Positions 23,635-37,140 of a stretch of DNA of 64,000 nucleotides are shown one piece after another. The notes under the pieces were generated by a model that was given only the letters and a program-made list of their open reading frames with translations, had not been told where the DNA came from and ran no database searches. Within the stretch, counting starts at the first letter, position 1. Each line of letters begins with the position of its first letter. Position numbers and translations under genes: made by a program. The stretch is from Octopus sinensis (taxonomy: Eukaryota): assembly GCF_006345805.1 (NCBI RefSeq), contig NC_043001.1:121148001-121212000 (forward strand), written 5' to 3'.

Positions 23635-25410
23635 GCATGTATGTATGTATGCATGTATGTATGTATGCATGCATGTATGTATGTATGTATGCATGTATGT
23701 ATGTATGTATGTATGCATGTATGTATGCATGCATGTATGTATGCATGTATGTATGTATGTATGTATGCATGTATGTATGCATGCATGTATGTATGCATGT
23801 ATGTATGTATGTATGTATGTATGTATGTATGTATGTATGTATGTATGCATGCATGTATGTATGCATGTATGTATGTGTGTATGTATGTATGCATGCATGT
23901 ATGTATGTATGTATGTATGTATGTGTGTATGTATGTATGCATGTATGTATGCATGTATGTGTGTATGTATGTATGTATGCATGTATGTGTGTATGTATGT
24001 ATGCATGTATGTATGCATGTATGTGTGTATGTATGTATGTATGTATGTATGTATGCATGTATGTGTGTATGTATGTATGTATGTATGTATGTATGTATGT
24101 ATGCATGTATGTGTGTATGTATGTATGCATGTATGTATGCATGTATGTGTGTATGTATGTATGTATGTATGCATGTATGTGTGTATGTATGTATGCATGT
24201 ATGTATGCATGTATGTGTGTATGTATGTATGTATGTATGTATGCATGTATGTGTGTATGTATGTATGTATGTATGTATGTATGTATCTATGTATGTATGT
24301 ATGTATGTATCTATGCATGTGTGTGTATGTATGTATGTATGTATGTATGTATGTATGTATGTATGTGTGTGTGTATGTATGTATGTATGTATGCATGCAT
24401 GTATGTATGTATGTATGTATGTATCTATGTATGTATGTATGTATGTATCTATGCATGTGTGTGTATGTATGTATGTATGTATGCATGTATGTGTGTATGT
24501 ATGTATGCATGTATGTATGCATGTATGTGTGTATGTATGTATGTATGCATGTGTGTGTGTATGTATGTATGTATGTATGCGTGTATGTATGTATGTTTGT
24601 ATGTATGTGTGTGTGTATGTATGTGTGTGTGTATGTATGCATGTGTGTGTGTATGTATGTATGTATGCATGCATGTATGTATGTATGTATGTATGCATGT
24701 ATTGTTGTATGTATGTATGTAGTATGTGGTGTGTGTGTATGTAGTATGATGTATGTATGTATGTATGTATGTATGTATGCATGCATGTATGTATGTATGT
24801 ATGTATGTATGTATGTATGTGTGTGTGTGTATGTATGTATGTATATATGTGTGTATGTATGTATGTATGTATGTATGTATGTATGTATGTATGTATGCAT
24901 GTATGTGTGTGTGTATGTATGTATCTATGTATGTATGTATGTATGTATGTATGTATGTATTTATGTATGTATGTATGTATGTATGTATGCATGTATGTAT
25001 GTATGTATGTATGTATGTTATGTATTATGTATGTATGTATGTATGCATGTATGTGTGTGTGTATGTATGTATGTATGTGTGTGTGTATGTATGTATGTGT
25101 GATGTATGTATGTATGTATGTATGCATGTGTGTGTGTATGTATGTATGTATGTATGTATGTATGTATGCATGCATGTATGTATGTATGTATGTATGTGTA
25201 GTGTGTATGTATTGTATGTATGTATGTATGTATGTATGCATCATTTATGTATGTATGATGTATGTATGTGTGTGTATGTATGCATGCATGTATGTATGTA
25301 TGTATGATGTATGTATATATGCATGTATGTATGTATGTATGTATGTATGTATGTATGTATGCATGTATGTATGCATCCATGTACGTATGTATGTATGTAT
25401 GTATGTATGT
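23635..25410 (+). repeat. ~1.8-kb compound (TATG)n array with TGCA/TGTG variants
   Basis: Read directly from sequence; source of the long spurious MYVC/HTYI ORFs. Confidence 0.98.
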
Positions 25411-26287
25411 CAACATACGTACATACAAACATACACACTTATGCACACATATATACCATATAGGATACAAAATGTAATTCTGATTTAATTTTTATTTTCA
25501 TTTTCTAGTATTGTTTTAAATTGATTAGCGATTTTATATTGAAGTCATGAAGGTGAAGTTAAGATGGAAGAATTTGAAAATTGGAAGAAAGGATTAACTA
25601 AGTTGTCACTGAAACGTACGGAGATGAACGAGATGACAGAAAATAAATCAGTGTTAATTTAGCTTGAAGTAGGAACATTATTTTTATTTATGTCTAATCC
25701 CTTCAAATTCTGACTAATAATTTCTATAACTTCACTTCAAACAAAACTTTACCCTCATCAATTTTAATTAATGAATTATTTCAATTCAATTTTCTTTTAA
25801 GCTTATAATTAGGAGTTGTTTCCCTTTAAACATTATTCAGAATTGTTTAGTTCTTAATAGAGATGCAATACTCTTTTCTACTCTAGGCAGGAGGCCCGAA
25901 ATTTTGTGGGAGGGGCCAGTCAATTAGATCGACCTCAGTAGGCAACTGGTACTTAATTTATCGACCCCGAAAGGATGTAAGACAAAGTCGACCTCGGTAG
26001 AATTTGAACTCAGAACATAAAGACAGACGAAATATCGCTAAGTATTTCACCCGGCGTGCTCGTCACATAACGCGGTGAGCAGGATATTCGATTATCCTAA
26101 AACTGTAATCCTAAGTGTGATAGCGGCTGCAGTTTTTGACGACGACGATGATGAAGGCTTCTTTATTTTCCTCGACGATGACGGGTTGAGAGGACACAAG
26201 ATAGGTAGTAGTATAGAGTAGTAGTATAGAGTAGTAGTAAGCATGGGCAATCGGTTTCGAGACCCGACGAACGTCAGAAATAGGTAG

Positions 26288-26631
<344 letters not shown>

Positions 26632-28579
26632 ACCTATTGCTGACGTCCGTTGTGGACCGCATGAAATGTGACTCATCCTCAGGCGCGTCACATTAAAAAA
26701 GAGAATTCACGGCTATTTTTCGCGGACCACAATTTGTACAAGTCTGCTGCAGAAGTTTGCATAAAATGTGATGAGGGAGAAAAAGAGAAACGAGACAAAG
26801 TCCATGTATTTGTATGGCATTTTAATACCATGCAAATACATGAATTTCATACAGATAAATGAAATCATGGACGATACTGTTTTTTTTCTGAGTGATCTAA
26901 CTGAACCTCTAACTAGGTCCAGACAGCTTACTTTGACTGCCGGATGCAAGGGCCCTTCTCAGTTGTTACTCTCCGACTTATAGGCTCATGCTTCGAGAAG
27001 TCCTGCTTAAAACAACAACAGCAATAATAATGGTTTTTAATTTTGGCATTTTAATTTTAATTTTAATTTTGGCCCAGTAATTTTGAGGAGTGAAGCTTAG
27101 TCGATAGCATCGACATCAATATTTGAATGTACTTTATTTAATCGACCTCGGAAGGATAAGAGGCAAAATTGATAGGAAAAATACTGCAAAGTACTTTATC
27201 CGACACTAACGATTCTGACAATACAACGCCCTTGTAGCGAGACTAATTTGTATTACTGCATGTTTAAGAACATGAAGTTTGGTTTATACAGGCTCACGCC
27301 GCTCATTTGTTGTGATTGGTTAAAATACCTATCATATGAGTTATTGGACATTTACTGAGACCTGTGTTATGATTAGCTTTGTGCTGCGCTGGAATCGAGT
27401 TCAAAGTCTATTCACGCTGCGCGATATTTTAAACGACTAACCCTGTGTGTGTCCTGGAACCTGTTTTTTCTCCATAAATTGGTGTGCCAAATTGTTTACG
27501 AGTTAGAAAGGTGAGAGCTTTTATTGAGGCGAGTTTGCAGATCCAACCGTCCAGAGGAGAATCTATATATAACAATTCAAGCCGAACTATCAAACTGATG
27601 GATGAATAACAACTGACAGAACTTGTAATGATTCTTGCTTTGATCCACTTTACGAAGGAATAAAGGCCTAACGTTATTTTAAAGATGGTTTCTTTTGTTA
27701 CTTATACAAATGAATACGCGAAATATATTATACAATGATATACATGATTCTTCGATAAAACATCGAGAGACTTTCCTCGTAAAACCATCAATGACGGTTT
27801 CCTATTCAAGCACAAGGCCATCAGTTTTGAGAGGAAGGGGTTAGTCGATACCATCGAACCCACTATTTGACTGTACTTTAATTTTTCAACACCGGAGAAA
27901 AGAAAGACTGTTGGCTTTGGCTGGATTTGAACTCAGAACATAAACAACAAAAATAAATTCCTGCATAGTATTTTCCCTGACACTAACGACTCTCTCTACC
28001 TCTCCAGAGCCCTGAATAATAATAAGCAAATATTCTGCTCAATACCACAGATTTGCATGTCGGTTGTTTGACCTTAACCAATTGAGCTTGTTCCTAAGAT
28101 GGTTGATGATATGTGCATCTTTGATCATGAGCAGAAGTAGTGCGAGAGCATCACAGCCATGTGTTGAGAGGAATTCTTTGGGGTTTGAATGATTCACCTC
28201 TGGAAACAAGTTTTTCGTTTAACATCCTTAAACAAACCTTAATCAAGGACCTTTTGAGCGGAATGGGCAACTCGACCTGAAGAAAATTCCAACTGGGCCC
28301 CACCTGCAAGGTCATGCACCGTTTAACTTGATATAAGATTACCATGCCGCGCACATATGATTTCAAATTTTGCCCCAAGGGCAGCAGTTTTGTTGGAGGG
28401 GATGAGTCGATTACATCGACCCCAGTGTTCAACTGGTACTTATTTTATTGACGTCGAAAGGATGAAAGACAAAGTCGACTTCGGCGGAATTTGAATTCAG
28501 AACGTTGCGACGGGCGAAATACTTATTTCTTTATTACCCACAAGGGGCTAAACACAGAGAGGATAAACAAAAACAGACA

Positions 28580-28790
28580 AATGGACGTTAAGGATAATAC
28601 AGCATCGTGGGCATGGCTTGAGCGAGGTTATTTGAAGCGTACCACTGAAAGCATGGTCATTGCTGCACAAGACCAGGTTCTCGCTACCAAGTCAATGAAG
28701 TATAACATCTATAAAACTTCTGACACTCAGAAATGAAAACTCCGTGGAAAGAGTGTGGAAAATATGACCCACTTGGTAAGTAGATGTAGA
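28580..28790 (+). mobile_element. R4/Dong-like LINE fragment (pre-CCHC region)
   Basis: SWAWLERGYLKRTTESMVIAAQDQVLATK...ENMTHLVSRC. Confidence 0.7.
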
Positions 28791-28799
28791 TGTGAATGT

Positions 28800-29115
28800 A
28801 TGAATTTGTTTGACGAAAATGTTTGATGAAAATGTTTGACGAAAATGTTTAATGAAAATGTTTGACGAAAATGTTTGATGAAGATGTTTGATGAAAATGC
28901 TTGCCGAAAATTTTGATGAAGATGTTTCAAAAATATTTGATGAAGTTGAAAATGTGCAAGGAAAATGTTTGACGAAAATGTTTGATGAAGATGTTTGATG
29001 AAAATGTTTGATGAAGATGTTTCAAAAATATTTGATGAAAATGTTTGATGAAGTTGAAAATGTGCAAGGAAAATGTTTGACGAAAATGTTTGGTGTAAAC
29101 GTTTGACGAAAATAC
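28800..29115 (+). repeat. 13-bp minisatellite (TTTGAYGAAAATG)n
   Basis: About 20 degenerate units, with CpG and TpG variants interleaved. Confidence 0.9.
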
Positions 29116-29743
29116 TTGATACAGTGGAAAATGAGAGTAATCTGCAAGAGTAAGAGGTTCTGAAAATCATACTCGATCGCATTACCGATTGCAGCAGGAC
29201 AATCTGTTTCCAGAAGCCGACAAACGGGAGCTCTCCTTTCCCTCGACCAACTGTAGTATACCATCGTTTTGTGACAATGGAGACGTAGCTAAAGCCGAAG
29301 AGGAATGGAAAACTGCAAGAAAATAAGTTCTCCAGCATGAAAAGAAAGGAGAAATCAGTCAACAGGCGTAGTATAAACAAATTCTCGACAACGGCGGGAG
29401 TGGCAACGGCTGTGACCTATGAATTACATATGAAACTTATATGGCAGACGTGATGCGACGGAATTGATCGGACAGAATATTATTACATGCTGAAATAGGA
29501 ACTTTCGGAAGCCAAGGCAAGATATGAGGCGGGGGTCTCTGTCTGTTTGTGTGTGTCTCTCTCGTCCTACTCAAAGTATGTTGACAGATATTTTCGGGTG
29601 CGCCAATTCCATTATGAATATTAGTGAGCAGGTGGGCAGAGACTTAAGGGTGTCCCAACTCGACCCGACTGGTTGTCACTCGTCCATGTGTAACTGAGTC
29701 ATCTGACATCTTTTCATCTGCTTTCAAATGACATGTTTTATTT

Positions 29744-31036
29744 CACACATACATACATACATACATACATACATACATACATACATACATACATGCATAC
29801 ATACATGCATGCATACATACATACATACATACATACACACATACATACATACATACATGCATACATACATACATGCATACATACATGCATGCATACATAC
29901 ATACATACATACATACACACATACATACATACATACATACATACATACATGCATACATACATGCATGCATACATACATACATACATACACACATACATAC
30001 ATACATGCATGCATACATACATACATACATACATGCATACATACATACATGCATGCATACATACATACATACATACATACATACATACATACATACATAC
30101 ATGCATACATACATACATGCATACATACATACATACATACATACATGCATACATACATACATGCATGCATACATACATACATACATACATACACACATAC
30201 ATACATGCATGCATGCATACATACATACATACATGCATACATACATACATGCATGCATACATACATACATACATGCATGCATACATACATACATACATAC
30301 ATACATGCATGCATACATACATACATACATACATACATACATACATGCATGCATATATACATACATACATACATGCATGCATACATACATACATACATAC
30401 ATACATGCATACATACATACATACATACATACATACATACATACATACATACATACATGCATGCATATATATATACATACATGCATGCATATATACATAC
30501 ATGCATGCATACATGCATACATACATACATACATACGTACATACATACATACATACATACATGCATACATACATGCATACATGCATACATGCATGCATAC
30601 ATACATACATACATACATACATACATACATACATACATACATACATACGTACGTACGTACATACATACATACATGCATACATGCATACATGCATGCATAC
30701 ATACATACATACATACATACATACATACATACGTACGTACGTACGTGCGAGCGTGCGTGCATGCATGCATGCATGCATGCATACATACATACATACATAC
30801 ATGCATACATGCATATATGCATGCATACATGCATATATACATACATACATACATACATGCATGCATACATACATACATACATACATACATACATACATAC
30901 ATACATACATGCATACATACATACATACATACATACATACATGCATACATACATACATACATACGTACGTACGTACATACATACATACATACATACATGC
31001 ATGCATGCATACATACATACATACATACATACATAC
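29744..31036 (+). repeat. ~1.3-kb compound (CATA)n array with CATG/CACA/CGTA variants
   Basis: Read directly from sequence; opposite orientation to the 23635 array. Confidence 0.98.
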
Positions 31037-31039
31037 CTG

Positions 31040-31690
31040 TCTACTGATGAGACATGATGTTGTAGCTAGGACACTGTATAATGAGATCCGTCGGAAGGAT
31101 GACCCCAAGGACAGAGAATTAAGAACTCACAGTATGGCAGAAACAATAGCCACTCATAATAAAAAAGAGTACTCGTGGAATGTACCAGTGAAAACCTAAA
31201 TAAAATGTAAACGTAAACTTGACATAATGATTTGGGACAGAGAAGAGAAACTGTGTACAGTTGTGAAAATCAGCTTCTAAGCGGGTGTTAGCATAAAGTT
31301 GGAGATCCGCGAAAAAGAATACCTACGCTGAACTATTAAAGAAATCTGTAGTCACTCTATCTAGAATACAAATTCAGGTTTATACCTGTAATTATCGGAG
31401 CACTGGGATATGTAACACACTGCTTAAATACCAATCTTGAGAAATTAGGCTTCTCTAAACCAGAAAGGAGAAAGCTGATTCGAAGACTAAAAATTCAAGC
31501 CATCACTGGAACTGTAAAAATCTAAAACTTTCCAGAAGTTTATCATTTATGTATATATGAGCATGTCTAGATATGTAGCTATATTCATGAAAATACATAC
31601 AAAAACCAAAACAAAACATACAGATCTGTACATATACATACACACAAAAATACCCCAGAGTTTTCTCGACTATTTCACACAAATAGCGAA
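31040..31690 (+). mobile_element. R4/Dong-like LINE 3' end (RLE endonuclease) abutting the (CATA)n array
   Basis: RHDVVARTLYNEI...WNVPVK...DIMIWD...VV.ISC...FIPVIIGALG...TGTVKI. Confidence 0.8.
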
Positions 31691-32059
31691 AAGAAGAAAC
31701 CAGCAATTTGTGTGTGTGTGTGTGTGTGTGTGATTAAAAAGTAAAGTTTTCATCCATTCGTTCATGCCAATGCTTTAAAATGTAATTTTATATATTTAAA
31801 GTTATTTAAGAAAGGTTACGTAAAAAAGTAAACTAGCCCCTAAATTGTCTATTAGCATAAAGCTTCGATTTATTTTAAAAGATTATAACCCAGGAGAATT
31901 TCTCGTGCTTTCAGTCAACCTCAGGATGGCAAAGGGTCAATTAGTTCAGTTTTCTCTCTACTTTCCCCTACTTTGAAACAAATAAGAAGAATATTATTGT
32001 AGCGAATCTTGCATGTATGAAGTGGATTCGATCCACTATAGCCAAATTTAAACTAACAC

Positions 32060-32700
32060 TGCTACAGAACTTTTCCCACGGCGGAACAATGGTTTTTCTC
32101 TGACAGCAGTTTTTATATTTCCCAGATGCCTTTTAGCAAGGCCGAAATAATGTCTTCACCACTTGACCCTTTCTAACCTCTTCTACTTCACCAAAAGCTA
32201 GAATAGATAACAAGACCACCAACTAAATCTATTGTTCTAAATGATATATCTATCCTTCTGGATAGTTATATAAACCGGATCTTCAACATCCTAGATTTCG
32301 CAGGATGCTTCTCGAAACCTCAGAATTCTGCATTAGTGTCTCTTGAACCAGTACATACTGAAGGTCTTGACGGGCCGAATGCATGATATGAAATGGTTCC
32401 AAAAGTGGAGAATAACTCTGACCACCGAGCAAATGCCGCTGTACATTGCAGCGATTCAGATTCTGAAAACATATCCGAAGCTAATCCCCCATGAAGACAG
32501 CTGCAAAGTAATGATAGCTGATCCTATTGAACGCTTTCGATTGATCTAAACTACTCTTATCTACTCTTTCTATGATGTCTCGCGCGAGATAGAAGGTGTT
32601 ATGAATAGAACTGTTTGTTATGTCACATGTCTGCGCATCTACGAGACCATCAATAATAAACATCAATCTTTTGGCTAAAACCACGACCAAAATTTCCTAC
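32060..32700 (-). mobile_element. L1/Tx1-like RT fragment (second homologous piece at 35690-35940)
   Basis: SIHNTFYLARDIIE...LDQSKAFNRISYHY; 32140-32290 aligns by eye with 35790-35940. Confidence 0.6.
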
Positions 32701-33699
32701 TTCGCATTGAGCAGAGTTACCGTTCTAAAATTATCAGTCGTCGCCCTTGTTCGGATCTATTCTCTTTCCATTGTTCTCCGACCTACGTCTAGCTTTCCAA
32801 CATGTATAAATACAGAGTACTAAATATAATTCTTCTTCTTTTGTTCGGCACCTTTCCTGAAGGAACATCTCTCTTGCGCTTTTCTTTGGCACTTTTGCCG
32901 AAAGAGCACCTCCCTCTTTCATCTGGAACTTCGGTGAATGAGCATATCTATCTGTTTCTAGCATGCCTGTCTTTCTTTTCTACTCGACACTTGGCTGGAT
33001 GTACATGGCTGCTGTTCTTACCATTAACATCCTTTTACCACAATAAAACAACAGACTGCTACCGTTTTTTGGTACTTTTTGGTTATCTTACCCCTATAGC
33101 CATTCGATGGTTAAATAAAATCCTATTATATATATATAATTAAATATTATTAGGAATTGTATTAAAAATTGTTAAAACATTTTGTGTATTGGAAAAGTAT
33201 AACCAATCTGTAGGACATGAAATTTAACAGCAAAATTTTATATGGACCCCTAAGGGCCTTATGGATCCCGGTTGAGAACAATTGTTCTAAATGAACCATA
33301 TAATCACGACAGCATCACCGAAACCACACCTACACTAAATACAATTAAATTCACAACAACTCTACCACCATCATTACAACAACCTACCTTAACAAAAGAA
33401 AACATGTTCGGCAGCTCACACATCAAAACACACCCACCTCAAACTTTGTGCTAGATAAAGGATACGAATCAAAAACCGAAATCCTTTATCGCTCAAAGGG
33501 AAAATATTGAAGCAAAGGGAAATGTCTTTAGATCCAGCACTTCCAAAGCGCCAGAAAATTTTAAATAATAAGGCTACATTTGGAGATATGCAAAACAATT
33601 TGGAAAGCCTTACTACAAGAGCCAGTAGTAGGTTCCCAAAAGTACAAAAAAAAAATACACGGAGATTTAGTTACCTGGTTAGGATTGCTTTAGAAGCAG

Positions 33700-34350
33700 G
33701 GTCCCCAACTGAATGATCTCAGGTCACATGCTTCCGATATGATGACCACTGGCGAGACCAAGCTCCGACACATACGCTTTAGTACTAATTTTTGGAAATC
33801 TTCGTATTTCTTACTCAGCGCGGAATGGGGATGGATAGGGTGCTGTTTGGGAAAGGCCAGAGCCTCAAGATACGATCGATCTTCTTGGATCTGGAAGGTA
33901 ATTTAGTGGTCCTGGATGTGAACAATAGCGAAGGTGGTGCCTTTAGACAAGTCACAATGTACGCCCCAACTTGGAAGGAGCGGTCAGATTCCAAATGTCT
34001 GCTGGCGTTCCTGAGAACGTCTCAGTCTTTAGTGCGAGTGGGCGTTTGAAACACTGTCGTGGATATGAGTAGAGGAGTGTGAAAAGCTCGCAAATATGCT
34101 CATTCGTTTCCATTTGCCTGACAGGAACCGATAAGATTTCCTGAATGCAACAATGTGGAGATAGGCGAACGGCATTGGGTCATCCGAATCGTATCTATCC
34201 TATAATCTATCAGTTTGGGATAGCAAAGTGGTCAGCTAAACAGGCTACAAATTTGTGATCTGTATGGTCGATATAAATAGACTTCGTGGACAGGGACCCA
34301 ATCACTGGAAGCTGATCGTGTCTTTGCTAGCACACCAAGCTTGTAAAGAC
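33700..34350 (+). mobile_element. L1/Tx1-like endonuclease fragment
   Basis: DLEGNLVVLDVNNSEGGAFRQVTMYAPT, homologous to the 22916 fragment. Confidence 0.6.
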
Positions 34351-34429
34351 TTAACGTCTCTGGTCAAATCCATTTCAACCAAAGATGTTAAGTTAAATAA
34401 TAGGACTAATATAAGTATGACAGCTGACT

Positions 34430-34860
34430 CTCATCAATTCATTTCTTTACTACCCGCAAGGAGCCAAACACAGAGGGGACAAACAAGGACATACAAACGG
34501 ATTAAGTCGATTATATCGACCCCAGTGCGTAACTGGTACTTAATTTATCGACCCCGAAAGGATGAAAGGCAAAGTCGACCTCGGAGGAATTTGAACTCAG
34601 AACGTAACGGCAGACGAAATACCTATTTCTTTACTACCCACAAAGGGGCTAAACACAGAGAGGATAAACAAAGACAGACAAACGGATTAAGTCGATTACA
34701 TCAACCCCAGTGCGTAACTGGTACTTAATTTATTGACCCCGAAAGGATGAAAGGCAAAGTCGACCTCGGCGGAATTTGAACTCAGAACGTAACAGCAGAC
34801 GAAATACCGCTAAGAATTTCGCCCGCCGTGCTAAAGTTTCTGCCAGCTCGCCGCCTTCAT
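34430..34860 (-). mobile_element. Tandem-dimer SINE (~180-bp unit twice)
   Basis: 34440-34620 and 34621-34805 are direct repeats containing CGACCCCGAAAGGATGAAAGGCAAAGTCGACCTCGG. Related single copies at ~1540, 12120, 25900, 27080, 27810, 28390, 43250 and 61020. Confidence 0.8.
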
Positions 34861-34989
34861 AAATTTCTAAATGCTGATGCCGAGAACATTGGAAAGGAGC
34901 TTACATAAAAATCTAGACTAAGGTTTCGATTCCTGGTTAAGAATCCATAAAATTATCTGCTTCAGCTCCAGCAACAGGTATGAAAACCG

Positions 34990-37140
34990 TTTCTTTAATG
35001 ATTGCAGTCCTTTTATGTCCTGCTTCAAGTCATACTTGACCTGCTTTTCTTTTTCCGACATTTCGTCATCACCAGGGCATGCAGTAACTATGATTAATCG
35101 GGTTTTTTCCTTCTTTATTCACAACCACTATATCCCGTTTTTGATGTTCAATTTTATGATCACATTAGATCATTACACCCCGCAGTTTCTTTACTTTGTC
35201 TTTCTCAAATACTCCTTCCGAGGTTCTGCCCATACCACGATTTTATCTATCCAATTCATACTTCCCACGCAAATCCTAATGAATCATTCTTACGATATTT
35301 TCATTGGTATTTTTTATGGGCCAGTTTCATTTACTCATTCACAATATATCATATAATCTCACCTTTATCACCGCACACTTTGCACTTGTCACTTTCGACT
35401 GTATTGCTAATGCTGTATTTGGTGTAATCTGTCCTAAGTGCTTGTTTCCGCGCTGCACAGATAAGCACTTCTGTCTCTGCCTTCAAATCTCTCCTCCTTA
35501 GTTACCTTCCATCGGCGTTTGTATTCCTACCCAACTCTCTCCCAAACTGCTCGTAATTCCATTTTCTTTCTTCTTTACTCTTTGTCTCTTTGTGCTTCCA
35601 TTCAAGTATCAGTCCTCACTAAACCAAATATTCGCACCTGAACCAGCAAAAGTTCTATAGTATTGTAGTAGGCCTCTTTTAGGCATAGAGTAGATTCGAA
35701 CCTGAATCGACAAATTTTCCATAACAGTTCAACAGCACTTTTCTCACAGAAAAACAATAGTGGCAGCATTTAGCATATGACTCTACCAATTTGAATTATG
35801 TCTTTGCCACCTGACTCTTCTAACCTCTTCTAGGCGATGAATAGTTAGAATTGAGATAACAGGTACCCCCAACGAAATCCCTTATTCTCAATAATATGTC
35901 TCTCCTTCTAACTAGTTTTGGATAGTTATAAATACTAGAATTTGGTAAGGCAAAATCAGTTAGTGAGAGCAACTGATAGAGGGATGGTTGACCGTCTGAA
36001 CGACAACTATGGAATTAACCAAAGTAGAAGTTGTGTCCCACACTCTCTCACTTTCTTTTCTCTACAACATCACTCTGTCTCTATCTTACTTACTGTTAGA
36101 ATTACAAACGTGTACGCACTTATACAAGAAGAAATTAACTCTCTTAACCTCGCATGCTTTTCCACTTGTATTATTACACACACCTTGCCCGTCGAGGCAT
36201 GGAATTATATTAAGTAACGGTAAATAAATAAATTTGAAGTCAACATCAACTTTGATCCCTGTTCTTCTTTCATCTTGCCCATCTGCAACAGCAACACCTG
36301 TTACAATCGCTAACTGCCGACTCCAACAATTATCATAGTATTATACCGTTACAAGTGGAGGCGCAATGGCCCAGAGGTTAGGGCAACGGACTCGCGGTCG
36401 TAGGATCGCGGTTTCGATTCCCAGACCGGGCGTTGTGAGTGTTTATTGAGCGAAAACACCTAAAGCTCCACGAGGCTCCGGCAGGGGATGGTGGTGATCC
36501 CTGCTGTACTCTTTCACCACAACTTTCTCTCACTCTTTCTTCCTGTTTCTGTTGTACCTGTATTTCAAAGGGCCGGCCTTGTCACTCTCTGTGTCACGCT
36601 GAATATCCCCGAGAACTACGTTAAGGGTACACTTGTCTGTGGAGTGCTCAGCCACTTACACGTTAATTTCACGAGCAGGCTGTTCCGTTGATTCGGAACC
36701 CTCATTGTCGTAACCGACGGAGTGCTTCCATATTTATACCGTTACAGTTGGGTGACATATCACCCAAACGAACAGATACAGTTTTCACAGCTGATTAACT
36801 CTCGCCCACTTGTGTGCCTGGTTAGATATAACCTGTCAATAATGCTCTCGGAGTGGAATCCCTTGCATTGTGAGTAGACTTCCTGATTTCTGGTCTAGCC
36901 TCTATAACTCCTCTTTCTTTCAATTGATAATACCTGCACTGTACCTCAATAATGCAAACACCTATGTATTGATTTCTTGAAACTTATTTCTTCAATTCAG
37001 TTTTGACCGCAGTATCAGTCTGTCTTCGAAGATACTCTTACAAAAAAACCTTATCATTTCTTCTTCCACCACTTCATTACTTCCGACATAACCAGGTATT
37101 TATACCCAGTATCGTCAATCCTTTTTTTTCCCCATATGAA
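34990..37140 (-). mobile_element. R4/Dong-like LINE 3' half, degenerate, with SINE and L1 insertions
   Basis: GYKYL...RSKLN...LRYSAGII...DRLYL (36770-37140); LKAETEVLICAARKQALRT...KCKVCG...DIVVVNK (34990-35640). Confidence 0.65.
36354..36733 (+). mobile_element. tRNA-derived SINE with 13-bp TSD (TTATACCGTTACA)
   Basis: A/B-box head GGCGCAATGGCCCAG...GGTTTCGATTCCC; TSD at 36341-36353 and 36734-36746; CpGs retained. Confidence 0.9.

Noticed and set aside
23507-25488. ORFs of up to 567 aa (MYVC/HTYI repeats)
   Set aside because: Translations of the (TATG)n array, which lacks stop codons in several frames; no coding signal.
29724-31199. ORFs of 394-488 aa
   Set aside because: Translations of the (CATA)n array; only the last ~50 aa of 29733-31199 derive from the R4/Dong fragment.
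36354-36430. tRNA gene candidates (also 16370-16425 and 40660-40730)
   Set aside because: These are SINE heads continuing into SINE bodies, one with a TSD; no complete cloverleaf.
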